This document shows positions 27,050-36,076 of a stretch of 64,000 nucleotides of DNA, piece after piece. The DNA is from Flavobacteriales bacterium (GTDB taxonomy: Bacteria; Bacteroidota; Bacteroidia; Flavobacteriales; Flavobacteriaceae), in NCBI GenBank assembly GCA_027039975.1, contig JALWFE010000096.1, positions 14,788-78,787 on the forward strand, read 5' to 3'. Every line of letters begins with the position of its first letter. The stretch's first letter is position 1. The notes beneath the pieces were generated by a model. That model saw only the letters and a program-made list of their open reading frames with translations. It did no database searches and had not been told where the DNA came from. The translations under genes were made by a program, and so were the position numbers.

Positions 27050-27573
27050 TCCTTATTGTTGTCTTGGTACCAAGAAGCATACTTGATATAACTGTTGGCA
27101 ATCCGGTTGATTTCCCCTTGTACCAATTCCGGACTGATATCTTTGATTTTAACAGCGGGAATACCCGCATATACGCTGCCACTTTCCACAACAGTTCCTT
27201 TGGTTACAACGGAACCGGCGGCAATGATAGCATTGGATTCAATGACGGCATGATCCAATATAACGGCATTCATACCTATTAAAACATTGTCTTTAATGGT
27301 ACATCCGTGAACCGTGGCATTGTGGGCAATAGAAACATTATTTCCGATATTGGTAGCGGCTTTTTTGTAAGTACCGTGTATTACGACACCGTCTTGAATA
27401 TTGACTTTATTACCTATCCTGATGTAATTAACATCGCCACGGACTACGGCATTAAACCAAATACTGCAATTGTCTCCCGTGACAACATCACCTATGATTA
27501 CAGCATTATCAGCCAAAAAGACATTTTTGCCGAATTGCGGTTTTTTATCTAAAACTTCTTTGATGATTGCCAT
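27046..27573 (-). CDS. gamma carbonic anhydrase-like / hexapeptide (LbH) repeat protein
   Basis: Continuous left-handed beta-helix hexapeptide repeats; 175 aa, PaaY/YrdA-like. Confidence 0.85.
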   Translation of the reverse strand: MAIIKEVLDKKPQFGKNVFLADNAVIIGDVVTGDNCSIWFNAVVRGDVNYIRIGNKVNIQDGVVIHGTYKKAATNIGNNVSIAHNATVHGCTIKDNVLIGMNAVILDHAVIESNAIIAAGSVVTKGTVVESGSVYAGIPAVKIKDISPELVQGEINRIANSYIKYASWYQDNNKD

Positions 27574-27587
27574 TTTTGATGTGTTTA

Positions 27588-28454
27588 TTATTCAAAAAAA
27601 TCTTTTAATGCTTTGTCCCATTTACGGGGCTTATAGTTAAAAACTTTTTTAATTTTTTTTTTGGACAAAACCGAATAATCGGGACGTAAAACATATTTAT
27701 TAAAGCGGACACTGTCAATAGGTTTTATTTTTTTATCTATTCCGGCATAAGACAAAACTTTTTTTCCGAACTTATACCAAGTAGTTTCTCCTTCATTGCT
27801 GAAATGATAAATGCCGTAATAATTTTTTTTAGGATTTGCCTCTACGGTCTTAATCATATACAATATGAAATCAATCAAGTCGGGAGCATAGGTCGGTGTT
27901 CCCGTTTGGTCGTTTACGAGTTTTAATTTTCTTAGAGTTTCGGCAAGTTCCAAAACGGTTTTAACAAAATTGCGATTAAACTTGGAATATAACCAAGAAG
28001 TTCTGATAATAAAATATTTTTTTAGATGTTGTTTGATGATAGTTTCTCCCATTAGTTTGGTGGTACCGTAAAAATTTAAAGGATGCGTCTTATCGTTTTC
28101 ACGGTAAGGTTTTTTCTTTTGGCCGTCAAAAACATAATCCGTGGAAATATGCACCAAAGTTACATCATACTTTTTTGCGGCTTTTACCAGATTGGCTACA
28201 CCTTTAACGTTTACGTTTAAACAGGCTTTCCTGTCTGTTTCCGCCCGGGTGACATCGGTGTAAGCGGCAAAATTGAAACAATAATCGAAATTGTTTTCTT
28301 TAAAAAATCGTTTGACGGCTTTTTTATCGGTAATGTCGAGTGTGTATTTACTTTTGAATGTAATATCAAAATCTATGTCCGGCATCATTCTGAGAGATTT
28401 GCCGAGTTGACTTTCGGCTCCGGTAACTAAAATTTTTATTTTATGGTCTTTCAT
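27588..28454 (-). CDS. rfbD: dTDP-4-dehydrorhamnose reductase
   Basis: ILVTGAESQLG Rossmann motif, STDYVFDG and YGTTK catalytic motifs typical of RmlD. Confidence 0.88.
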   Translation of the reverse strand: MKDHKIKILVTGAESQLGKSLRMMPDIDFDITFKSKYTLDITDKKAVKRFFKENNFDYCFNFAAYTDVTRAETDRKACLNVNVKGVANLVKAAKKYDVTLVHISTDYVFDGQKKKPYRENDKTHPLNFYGTTKLMGETIIKQHLKKYFIIRTSWLYSKFNRNFVKTVLELAETLRKLKLVNDQTGTPTYAPDLIDFILYMIKTVEANPKKNYYGIYHFSNEGETTWYKFGKKVLSYAGIDKKIKPIDSVRFNKYVLRPDYSVLSKKKIKKVFNYKPRKWDKALKDFFE

Positions 28455-28456
28455 CT

Positions 28457-29002
28457 TTATAAATTCAAGTCTTTTAAATATGGAAGATTTCGGTCTTTTT
28501 CAGATAAAATTATTTTTGATAAGTCGTATTGCCAGTCTATATTCAAATCCGGATCGTCAAAACGGATACCGGCTTCACTTTCAGGGTGGTAATAATTGTC
28601 TATTTTATAGAAAAACAATGAATACTTTTCCAAACTTAAATAGGCATGAGCAAATCCACGGGGTATAAACAATTGTTTTTTATTGTCAGCACTTAAAATG
28701 ATAGAAAAATGTTGTCCGAAAGTTTTGGAATTTTTTCGCAAATCTACAACAACATCCAATACCGCACCATTTAATACGCTGACTAATTTGGTCTGTGCAT
28801 AAGGTTCTTTTTGAAAATGAAAACCTCTTAAAACGCCTTTTGCTGATTTAGCCAGGTTGTCTTGAACAAAACTGACTTTTTGTTTGACGGTTTTTTCAAA
28901 TAATTCATGATTGAAAAATTCGTAAAAAAAACCTCTGTTGTCATTAAAAACTTTCGGTTCAATGACGTATAAATCTTCTATAAAAGTAGGTTGTATGGTC
29001 AC
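28457..29002 (-). CDS. rfbC: dTDP-4-dehydrorhamnose 3,5-epimerase
   Basis: RmlC cupin motifs (FNDNRGFFYE, RGFHFQ, KLVSVLNGAVLDVVVDLR, PRGFAHAY). GTG start overlaps the upstream stop (GTGA). Confidence 0.92.
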   Translation of the reverse strand: MTIQPTFIEDLYVIEPKVFNDNRGFFYEFFNHELFEKTVKQKVSFVQDNLAKSAKGVLRGFHFQKEPYAQTKLVSVLNGAVLDVVVDLRKNSKTFGQHFSIILSADNKKQLFIPRGFAHAYLSLEKYSLFFYKIDNYYHPESEAGIRFDDPDLNIDWQYDLSKIILSEKDRNLPYLKDLNL

Positions 29003-30072
29003 CGGGTGTTAGCTTTTTTTGATTGTTGATATTTATTTAAAAAGGTGTTAAAATCTTTTAGAAGTAAAAGCATTAAAACCAAAAGAAATCCAAATAAAGC
29101 AAATTTAAAATGTACATTATTCAATAATGATTTTTCTTCGATACCTCTTTGAGGCAAACTATTTAAAAATACAATGGCATTATCTGATTTGTTGATTTCT
29201 TCGATGGTTTTTTTCAATCTTAATAAAGCTTTTTCTCTTTCTGTAAAAAGATTATAAGATTCTTCAAGTCCTCCATTTGTAGCACCTTCTGATGCGGCAA
29301 TCAAATTTATGGATGGTCCGCCACCTGCACCAGGTATTAACAGGGCTTTGTTATAAACCATTCGCATCGTATCAATATCCTGTAGTGATTTTAAAAAATT
29401 TTGTTTTTGAATATTTAAATACGATAAATAATTTTGCTTCCGTTTATTAAGAATAGTATCTTTATTAAACAAATCGATGATTTTTTTATTTAAATTTTCA
29501 AAAACACCGGGAGAAGTTGCTGTGATTGTTAATCTCCAATACCGGTTAAGATTGTCATTTTTTTTGATGTTTTTCTTAAAATCATCATATCTAAAAAAAT
29601 TATAAACCGTAGTGTCTTTTGTCATCAAATAAGTTTCATATTCTTCGACAAGGAATAAATCATTAATAACAGGTTCCAATTTGAATTTTGTAAATTTTGA
29701 GACTTGTGAAGGAGGCAAGTCCAAAAGGTTTCCTAAGTTTTTCCAATCATAATTGTGTATTAAATCATTGATGGCATCAACCTTTTGTTGGAGGTTAAAT
29801 TGGGCATCAAAATTTGTTCGCAAGGTAGCTTCACCATAATATGATTTTATATTTTTATTTTTTTTTAAAAATGAAATTGCCAAACCTATAAGAATACCTG
29901 CTATTAAGATGATACGGTGTTTTTTAAAATACAAGATAGTGTCTGCAAACGCAAAAAATAACCACTTTAACAGACTACCGATATTGCGGAAAAACGATTT
30001 AAAGAGACTACCAATAGCTGAAAAGAATTGAATAATATCTACTTCTTCGTGTTTGTTAGGTTGTTGATTCAT
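28999..30072 (-). CDS. Wzz/PCP-like (polysaccharide co-polymerase topology) membrane protein, uncharacterised
   Basis: One TM near the N-terminus (IILIAGILIGLAISFL) and one near the C-terminus (FALFGFLLVLMLLLL), flanking a ~245-aa helical or coiled region. ATG at 30072 is 2 nt after the upstream stop. Assignment is by topology only. Confidence 0.5.
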   Translation of the reverse strand: MNQQPNKHEEVDIIQFFSAIGSLFKSFFRNIGSLLKWLFFAFADTILYFKKHRIILIAGILIGLAISFLKKNKNIKSYYGEATLRTNFDAQFNLQQKVDAINDLIHNYDWKNLGNLLDLPPSQVSKFTKFKLEPVINDLFLVEEYETYLMTKDTTVYNFFRYDDFKKNIKKNDNLNRYWRLTITATSPGVFENLNKKIIDLFNKDTILNKRKQNYLSYLNIQKQNFLKSLQDIDTMRMVYNKALLIPGAGGGPSINLIAASEGATNGGLEESYNLFTEREKALLRLKKTIEEINKSDNAIVFLNSLPQRGIEEKSLLNNVHFKFALFGFLLVLMLLLLKDFNTFLNKYQQSKKANTR

Positions 30073-30074
30073 AC

Positions 30075-31757
30075 TCAATTAGTTTTAAAAATTTGCTGTA
30101 AAATTTTTTTTGTGATGATATAAGTGGGTTTGACCCCTTTAATACCAAGAGGTCCCGAGGCAAGGGTACTCCCGGTTTCCAAAGGATTATCGGAAGCATA
30201 ATAAGCATATCGAACCTTTACGTTTGCATCGATATTGCCTCTGATTTTGGATGCCGATTGAATGGCTTTGTGATAATGAGCGCCTTCCATTTCCAATCCG
30301 ATAGCGCGCCAAGTTGAATTTTTAAAAAAACTTAAAATATCTTTGTTTTGCAAAGATGTTCCGAGCACCGTTACCATAGTGCCTTCGTAAACATTGACTT
30401 TTTCATTTTCAAAATCTTTGGCTGACAGCTCATTATCAATTGGATAATTATCGGCGGTTCCTTCAAACATATGCACTTTGGGTATCATAATATCACCTTT
30501 GTCGCCTGTTAAAATACCGGCTTTCCCCATAATGGAAATGGATTGGACATTTAGATGTTCTTTTATCCCGTCTTCTTCATAAGGTTTTAAAAGTTCATCC
30601 ATAACTTCAAATGCTTGTTCACCAAATGCATAATCCATAACGATAAGGACAGGTTTTTTAGTATCGTCCTGTTTGTAAAATGTATCGGGAAGAGAGGCAT
30701 CTGTAAATTTTGAAGTATCAAAAATCTGAACATCTATATTGGTTCCCGATTGGTCTTTGAGATAAATCATACCGTTTTTCTTAGCTAATGCTGTCACTTT
30801 ATCCCGCATTTTTTGATGTTTATCCTGGCTTAAATCTTTGTATAAAGCCATTTCATTTTTTTCGGTTTTAAGGGCATTTTGAGCAAATAAAACGTTTAAA
30901 ACCGAGTGCATATTGGAACTGATGATGTGAATGGGGCGTTGCAAAAGATTTTGTTTGTGTAGGTGTTTTTTGATATTGTTTGCCCAAATTTCTCCGTAAA
31001 CGTGGTGTCCTAGCCTTTCACGAAGTCGTGGTGCAAATTTGATTTCCCTTTTTTGTCCTAAATAAGCTTCATTGATAGCCAATTTTCCTAACCAATAAAT
31101 CAATTGAAAAAAACGGTTTGAATTACCGGGTTCTTTAAATTCTTCATAAGCGTGTTTGGCTTCTTCGAAGGTACGACCTAAAAGGGTGGAGAGATAAGCG
31201 ATTATCTGTTCGGTTTCTATTTTTTTCAATTTTTTATTTTCCAATACGACTTTTTCCAACGCCAACCATTCCCGGCCGGGTGTTCCCTCTTTATCGATAA
31301 CTGCTTTTTCTCTGATCTTGTGTGATTCGATGAACAAAAATGTCAAATGGGTCAAAATATCATAAACATCCGATCTGCCGCGGGTTAATTCAACGTTCAT
31401 TTGATCTTTGTCAATGCGGTAACAATGCCGTCTTCTTTTGGGCGGTATAATCGGTTTGAATTGTGAATGACGGTAGCCTTCGTTGTCGGTCATATAAATC
31501 ACACGGCATTCTTCTATACCTTCCGGCAGACGGTCCATAACGTATTTTAATCCTTTAAGTTCGGCTTTTTCAGTAGCGATGTCACCGTAAATTTCGGGGC
31601 GTAGTGTCAACAATCCTTGTTTCAAAGTATTACCCGAGACCCCAAAAGGTTTGTAAAAGCCACGGTTAAGCAAATGCCGCATAGTAATGTACAAACGTTC
31701 AATGGCATTGGACGATTCACGGGCTCTGGTGCGTTTTCTTAATTCAGTCTTGTTCAT
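30075..31757 (-). CDS. uncharacterised ~560-aa protein with a C-terminal PNP/UDP/AMP-nucleosidase-like domain
   Basis: C-terminal ~190 aa carry IMGKAGIL, VYEGTMVTVLGT and AIGLEMEGAHY, resembling the nucleoside phosphorylase-I / AMP nucleosidase catalytic fold. The N-terminal ~370 aa are unrecognised. ATG at 31757; an alternative TTG lies at 31778. Confidence 0.6.
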   Translation of the reverse strand: MNKTELRKRTRARESSNAIERLYITMRHLLNRGFYKPFGVSGNTLKQGLLTLRPEIYGDIATEKAELKGLKYVMDRLPEGIEECRVIYMTDNEGYRHSQFKPIIPPKRRRHCYRIDKDQMNVELTRGRSDVYDILTHLTFLFIESHKIREKAVIDKEGTPGREWLALEKVVLENKKLKKIETEQIIAYLSTLLGRTFEEAKHAYEEFKEPGNSNRFFQLIYWLGKLAINEAYLGQKREIKFAPRLRERLGHHVYGEIWANNIKKHLHKQNLLQRPIHIISSNMHSVLNVLFAQNALKTEKNEMALYKDLSQDKHQKMRDKVTALAKKNGMIYLKDQSGTNIDVQIFDTSKFTDASLPDTFYKQDDTKKPVLIVMDYAFGEQAFEVMDELLKPYEEDGIKEHLNVQSISIMGKAGILTGDKGDIMIPKVHMFEGTADNYPIDNELSAKDFENEKVNVYEGTMVTVLGTSLQNKDILSFFKNSTWRAIGLEMEGAHYHKAIQSASKIRGNIDANVKVRYAYYASDNPLETGSTLASGPLGIKGVKPTYIITKKILQQIFKTN

Positions 31758-31805
31758 AAATTCACTGTCTTCCGGCAAAGATAATCATTATTGATTAAAT
31801 GATAA

Positions 31806-32010
31806 ACTGAGGAATTGAAGAAATGAGGAAATGAGGAAGTGAGGAAATGAGGAAGTGAGGAAGTGAGGAAATGAGAAATTGAGGAAATGAGGAAGTGAGG
31901 AAGTGAGGAAATGAGAAATTGAGGAATTGAGGAATTGAGAAGTAAGGAGGATTAATTGAGAATTGAGAATTATTGATGAGCTGATGAATTGATGAACTGA
32001 TGAATGAGAA
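31806..32010. repeat. Long 8-nt-period word array (TGAGGAAN, TGAGAATT, TGATGAAN) with a perfect 40-bp tandem duplication
   Basis: 31841-31880 is identical to 31881-31920 (gaggaaatgaggaagtgaggaagtgaggaaatgagaaatt). The array ends in ctgatgaattgatgaactgatgaatgagaag. A period of 8 excludes coding. Confidence 0.92.
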
Positions 32011-32011
32011 G

Positions 32012-32092
32012 TAGGTCGCTGTGCTCCGTCGTGGGTCTCCCGACCCCGACGGGATATGCGCCGTTAGGTGCGAGGCTACCGGCTCCGGTTTT
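32012..32092 (+). repeat. Variant of the core element with a GC-rich inner hairpin
   Basis: TAGGTCGCTG...ATGCGCCG shares its ends with the cores at 4415-4473 and 19973-20028. The interior is replaced by the hairpin ccgtcg-t-gggtc-tccc-gaccc-cgacgg (32026-32052). Ends in CCGGTTTT. Confidence 0.65.
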
Positions 32093-32130
32093 AATCTCTC
32101 TGTTTGATTGGTTGTATCAAACAATAAAAT

Positions 32131-33270
32131 TTAATATTGTAAGAAATCGATAGCTTTTTTCAGGGCTTTTTTAGTTTGCGGGTTTGTTTCAAACCTGTAA
32201 CTTGCTTTTAAATCTTTAAGAGCGTCGGTATATTCGGCTTTGATAAGTAAATGAGCGGCTTCGGCTCTGACTTCGGGATTGTTGTCGCGTAACAGCCCTT
32301 TGTTCCAACGGACTGCCGGACGGGAGCGTAATGCATATAAGCTGTCCATTGCTGATATTTGTTTATCAGGGTCATCTTCAAATAATTGCCAAAACAATTG
32401 TTTTTCGGTTTTTATCAATGCTTTGTCAAACAAAATGGCTTTGTGATTTTTATCAGGATGTATCCATTTGGCATCGTAGGGAATAAGCTCGTTCCCGGTA
32501 ACCCAACGAGCCATACGCGGAATCATAAATCTTATACCGGGAGTAGATTCGGCGTGCCCCCCGATGGCAAAGATTTTTCCTTTGCCGTAATTTTGATGAT
32601 ACATAAACAATTTGCCCGGTGTCAAACCGACCGGGTCACCTTCGTTCGGATGAATGTCGGTCACGTAAACAGCTACCGGCTTAAAACTTTTTTCTTGATG
32701 AAGCGGTTCCATAATCGGACCGTCATAATATTGGATAAATTGGGGTTGATTTTTAAATTCGGGAAAAATTTTCAAACCTTCATCGTTGAGTTTGAATTCA
32801 ATCAACCCGCGTCCGCGATTATAATGCGCCCGGTCGATGTGTTTGACATCACCTATTTTCAAGCTCGGATAACCTTCGGTTTGACACATCATATAAGCCC
32901 CGGCACAAATACCGATTGCACCACCGCCGTTTTTGATAAAATCAATAACAAATTTTTTACCCGTTTTACCCAAACTGTTTAACTGTTTACTGCCACTGCC
33001 ACCGGGAAAAATTATGGCATCCGTTTCATTTAATTTGCCACTGAAAATATCAACCGGACTGATAGGATAAGCGTCTATTCCGGGATCAATTTTCAGCGCT
33101 TCAATGGTTTCGATTATACTTACAGCTCCTGCTCCTTCACCGCTATAAACACCAACCTTGATTTTTGGTGATTGTTTTTCTTGTGCAGGTTTCATATCTT
33201 TATAAACAACCGGTTCTTTACATCCGGCCAGCCAGAGAATGGCTATTATTGATAAAGTCAGGTATTTCAT
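32131..33270 (-). CDS. lipoprotein with a class I glutamine-amidotransferase-like (BPL_N-type) domain and a HEAT-like C-terminal region
   Basis: Lipobox LAGC. IIFPGGSG ... GGAIGICAGAYM resembles the nucleophile elbow of GATase1-like/BPL_N domains. The C-terminus (NPEVRAEAAHLL) is HEAT-like. Confidence 0.5.
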   Translation of the reverse strand: MKYLTLSIIAILWLAGCKEPVVYKDMKPAQEKQSPKIKVGVYSGEGAGAVSIIETIEALKIDPGIDAYPISPVDIFSGKLNETDAIIFPGGSGSKQLNSLGKTGKKFVIDFIKNGGGAIGICAGAYMMCQTEGYPSLKIGDVKHIDRAHYNRGRGLIEFKLNDEGLKIFPEFKNQPQFIQYYDGPIMEPLHQEKSFKPVAVYVTDIHPNEGDPVGLTPGKLFMYHQNYGKGKIFAIGGHAESTPGIRFMIPRMARWVTGNELIPYDAKWIHPDKNHKAILFDKALIKTEKQLFWQLFEDDPDKQISAMDSLYALRSRPAVRWNKGLLRDNNPEVRAEAAHLLIKAEYTDALKDLKASYRFETNPQTKKALKKAIDFLQY

Positions 33271-33415
33271 TTTTATTTGGTTATTTGAGGATATAGGTTA
33301 TTTGGTTATTTGATTTCTTTTTTATTATTCAGACAAAATGTTTATGCAGCATACGTCTGGCGAGAGAGCATCGAAAAATCTTTTGTTAGTAAAATTTTAC
33401 CGGAAAAACAATATT

Positions 33416-34669
33416 TTAATTTTCCGGATTAAACAATTTAAGATTAAACTCTTTAAAATAAGCATCTGTAATATACCGGTCTATCCAATCGTAAAATTCT
33501 TTCATTTGTTTACGGTCTCTTTTTCCTTTTTGATACCAGCCGGCGAGCATTTCATTGGCTTTGCGGTAAATGGTATTTTCATATTTTTTGGTAATTTGAA
33601 CGATACCTGTTTCTTTAATGTTTACCAACGCATTGATATTGACATACTGGTGGTCTACTTTTCCCCATCGGATATTCATAATTTTATATTTTTTAAGATG
33701 CAAAGCCGCGTGACAGACAGGTGAATCTTTCAATTTTTTGTCGTACAATACCACTTTGGGCAACGGCACTTTGCTCACCCAAGCCGGCACCACCATAGAT
33801 GCCATAGGGAAACCGACATTGGACCACATAGTCGCCAGTGCCGGGTTTTCACCTTTTTTTACACCTTGTACCACTACTGATGATGATGTGCCTGAACGCG
33901 GAATAAAATCTCTAAAATGAATATATTTAGGGGTGTTCGGCGGTAAATGATAATATTCTTCCAGCGGATTTTCCTTAATCAAGGCGTGCCACATATTTTT
34001 AGCCACATTTTGTTGGACATATTGTGCCGTAATACCTTCGTAAGTGGATACGGCTTGATAAAACAAATCGTTTGCCGAATTGTAACGGACATAACCACTG
34101 CTTTCAAATCCATAAGGACCCGTATGAGAGTAATTGGTACGGATAATATAACCGAAAGGGGCTACTTTGGGATCATTGGCATCGAATTTGGTATATTTAT
34201 AATTGTTGATTTCATAATAAGCGGCACCACCTTGTGCATCTATAACGCCGAAATTGGCCTCCAAACCGGTAGGGCGTGGCAAGTTGTCCAATAAAGCTTC
34301 AAAATCAGCCAGTGTTTTACAGGTTGCCAAGGCTTGTTTAATAATACGTCCTTCATAACCTGTCAGTTTATCATTGTTATCCAAATTCAAATTGTATGAA
34401 GCGGAATTCATAATGGCAAAACCTTCCGAATTGACCCCTATCCAAACACTTTTACCTTCCAAATCTTTGGAATTAACAAGTCCGATATAAGCATATTTGC
34501 CATCATCAAAATAGCGTAGAGAATTTTGAACCGCCCAAGTATCACGGTTTTTCCACAATAACGGTCTGCCGTCGGCAGTATATTTGCCTGAAATTACAGC
34601 AGTTGTACAAGCATTTAAATCAAAAAAATGATTGAATAAAATAAAGATAATAAGTAACAGTCTTTTCAT
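33416..34669 (-). CDS. secreted Ntn-hydrolase superfamily protein (Cys nucleophile; C45/choloylglycine-hydrolase-like)
   Basis: The signal peptide ends ...DLNA, immediately followed by CTTAVISGKYTADGRPLLWKNRD. A Cys exposed after signal cleavage is typical of Ntn hydrolases. Confidence 0.55.
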   Translation of the reverse strand: MKRLLLIIFILFNHFFDLNACTTAVISGKYTADGRPLLWKNRDTWAVQNSLRYFDDGKYAYIGLVNSKDLEGKSVWIGVNSEGFAIMNSASYNLNLDNNDKLTGYEGRIIKQALATCKTLADFEALLDNLPRPTGLEANFGVIDAQGGAAYYEINNYKYTKFDANDPKVAPFGYIIRTNYSHTGPYGFESSGYVRYNSANDLFYQAVSTYEGITAQYVQQNVAKNMWHALIKENPLEEYYHLPPNTPKYIHFRDFIPRSGTSSSVVVQGVKKGENPALATMWSNVGFPMASMVVPAWVSKVPLPKVVLYDKKLKDSPVCHAALHLKKYKIMNIRWGKVDHQYVNINALVNIKETGIVQITKKYENTIYRKANEMLAGWYQKGKRDRKQMKEFYDWIDRYITDAYFKEFNLKLFNPEN

Positions 34670-34799
34670 AAAGATTATTTTTAAAGAACCGAATATTTTT
34701 TTAATTAATACTCAAAAATACATTTTTTTTGAGAATAATGGCCCAACAAATGTAAGACACATACTTTATGCAGTAGATACGCCCAATTTGGCGAACATT

Positions 34800-35516
34800 C
34801 TACATATTCAAATAAAAATCTTTTGTCAAACGGATATAATCCCCGGTATAATTGTGTCTTGATATTTCAATGGTTAACCGGTTTTCTTCCGTTTTTGAAT
34901 GAGAAGCGGATATTTTTACCAATATTCTTTTGATTTTGGCACCGGGATGTCCTTTAACGTAGCAGATTTTGTTCAAAAAGAGTTTTTCCAGCCGGATAAT
35001 TTGTTGCAATTGTGATAATTTATCAGCAGGCAAAATCAACTGGATACTTCCGGATTTGTTTAACATTTTTTTAGATTTCCTGATAAGAGTTTCCAATGAC
35101 AAATTAGACGAACGGCGGGCGAGATTTCTTTGCCGGTTTACATTTAGGGTTTGTTCGTCAAAATATGGGGGATTACTGATAATAACGTCGTATTTTTTGA
35201 CAGATGTAAAGTGTTTAAAATCCGTTTGAATAAGATTTAGACGTTCTTTCCATTTCGAATTTTCAAAATTTTCCATAGCTTGCCGGGCGGCGGCAGGTTC
35301 TATTTCAACGGCATCTATTCGGGCCTTATGCTGTCTTTGTGCACACATCAATGCAATCAATCCTGTTCCGGTGCCGATATCGAGAATGTTTCCGGCTGTA
35401 TCCAAGTCTGCCCAAGCTCCCAACAACACACCGTCCGTGCCGACTTTCATCGCTGTTTGTTCCTGGGCAATATCAAATTGTTTGAACTTAAAAATTTGTT
35501 TACGGGATTTCATCAT
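34800..35516 (-). CDS. tRNA (adenine-N6)-methyltransferase (YfiC/TrmN6-like)
   Basis: SAM-binding ILDIGTGTGLIALM and NPPYF catalytic motif; 238 aa. Confidence 0.8.
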   Translation of the reverse strand: MMKSRKQIFKFKQFDIAQEQTAMKVGTDGVLLGAWADLDTAGNILDIGTGTGLIALMCAQRQHKARIDAVEIEPAAARQAMENFENSKWKERLNLIQTDFKHFTSVKKYDVIISNPPYFDEQTLNVNRQRNLARRSSNLSLETLIRKSKKMLNKSGSIQLILPADKLSQLQQIIRLEKLFLNKICYVKGHPGAKIKRILVKISASHSKTEENRLTIEISRHNYTGDYIRLTKDFYLNM

Positions 35517-36076
35517 TAAGACAATAAAGCAAAAACATAACCTATAATCAAGCCTGACGTCAAAATATAAACTTCACGCATATTTTTCAGCCAAATTTTT
35601 TGCAATACGGCCAAAATTATCAAAATTAAAATTCCCAAAATAATTTGTGCGGTTTCGATACCAAGGGCAAATTCAAGCACCGGTAATATTTTGTGTGATT
35701 GTCCGGTTATCATCATTTTAAAATCGGTGGCAAATCCCAAGCCGTGTATCAAACCGAAAAAGAATGAAAAATAATAATGAATACGGGTTAATACATGTTG
35801 ATTTTTCCAAAGGATATTTGAGAGGGCTGTAATCAAAATGGTCCATAAAATCAAAGTTTCAATCAAATTTTCGTTTATTTTGATATATCCGAAAACTGAC
35901 AAGAACAAACTGACAGTGTGGGCAAGGGTAAACAAAGATACCAATGTCAAAAGTTTTCGCCAGTCTTTAAAATTAAAGACCATTATCAAGGCTATTAAAA
36001 ACAAAATATGGTCGGTGGAGGACCAACTGAGAATGTGATCGAGCCCTAATTTGAAATAAAGCTGAAAGTCAGTCAT
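35516..36076 (-). CDS. HupE/UreJ family membrane protein
   Basis: GLDHILSWSSTDHILFLIAL signature and six TM segments; 186 aa. Confidence 0.8.
   Translation of the reverse strand: MTDFQLYFKLGLDHILSWSSTDHILFLIALIMVFNFKDWRKLLTLVSLFTLAHTVSLFLSVFGYIKINENLIETLILWTILITALSNILWKNQHVLTRIHYYFSFFFGLIHGLGFATDFKMMITGQSHKILPVLEFALGIETAQIILGILILIILAVLQKIWLKNMREVYILTSGLIIGYVFALLS

Noticed and set aside
31944-31951. Perfect Shine-Dalgarno-like TAAGGAGG, and many GAGGA words that look like ribosome-binding sites.
   Set aside because: No ORF follows at a suitable distance. Genes in this window lack SD sequences, as expected for Bacteroidota. The purine words are part of the tandem array.
31795-32124. 109-aa ORF on the minus strand (..FLISSLPHFLISSLPHFLISSIPQF..).
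   Set aside because: It is simply the translation of the 8-nt-period word array. The period is not a multiple of 3, the peptide is low-complexity, and the same DNA words occur non-coding at five other loci.
33338-33724. 128-aa plus-strand ORF spanning the intergenic region and the 3' end of the Ntn-hydrolase gene.
   Set aside because: It is antisense to a motif-supported gene, has hydrophobic low-complexity content and no family resemblance.
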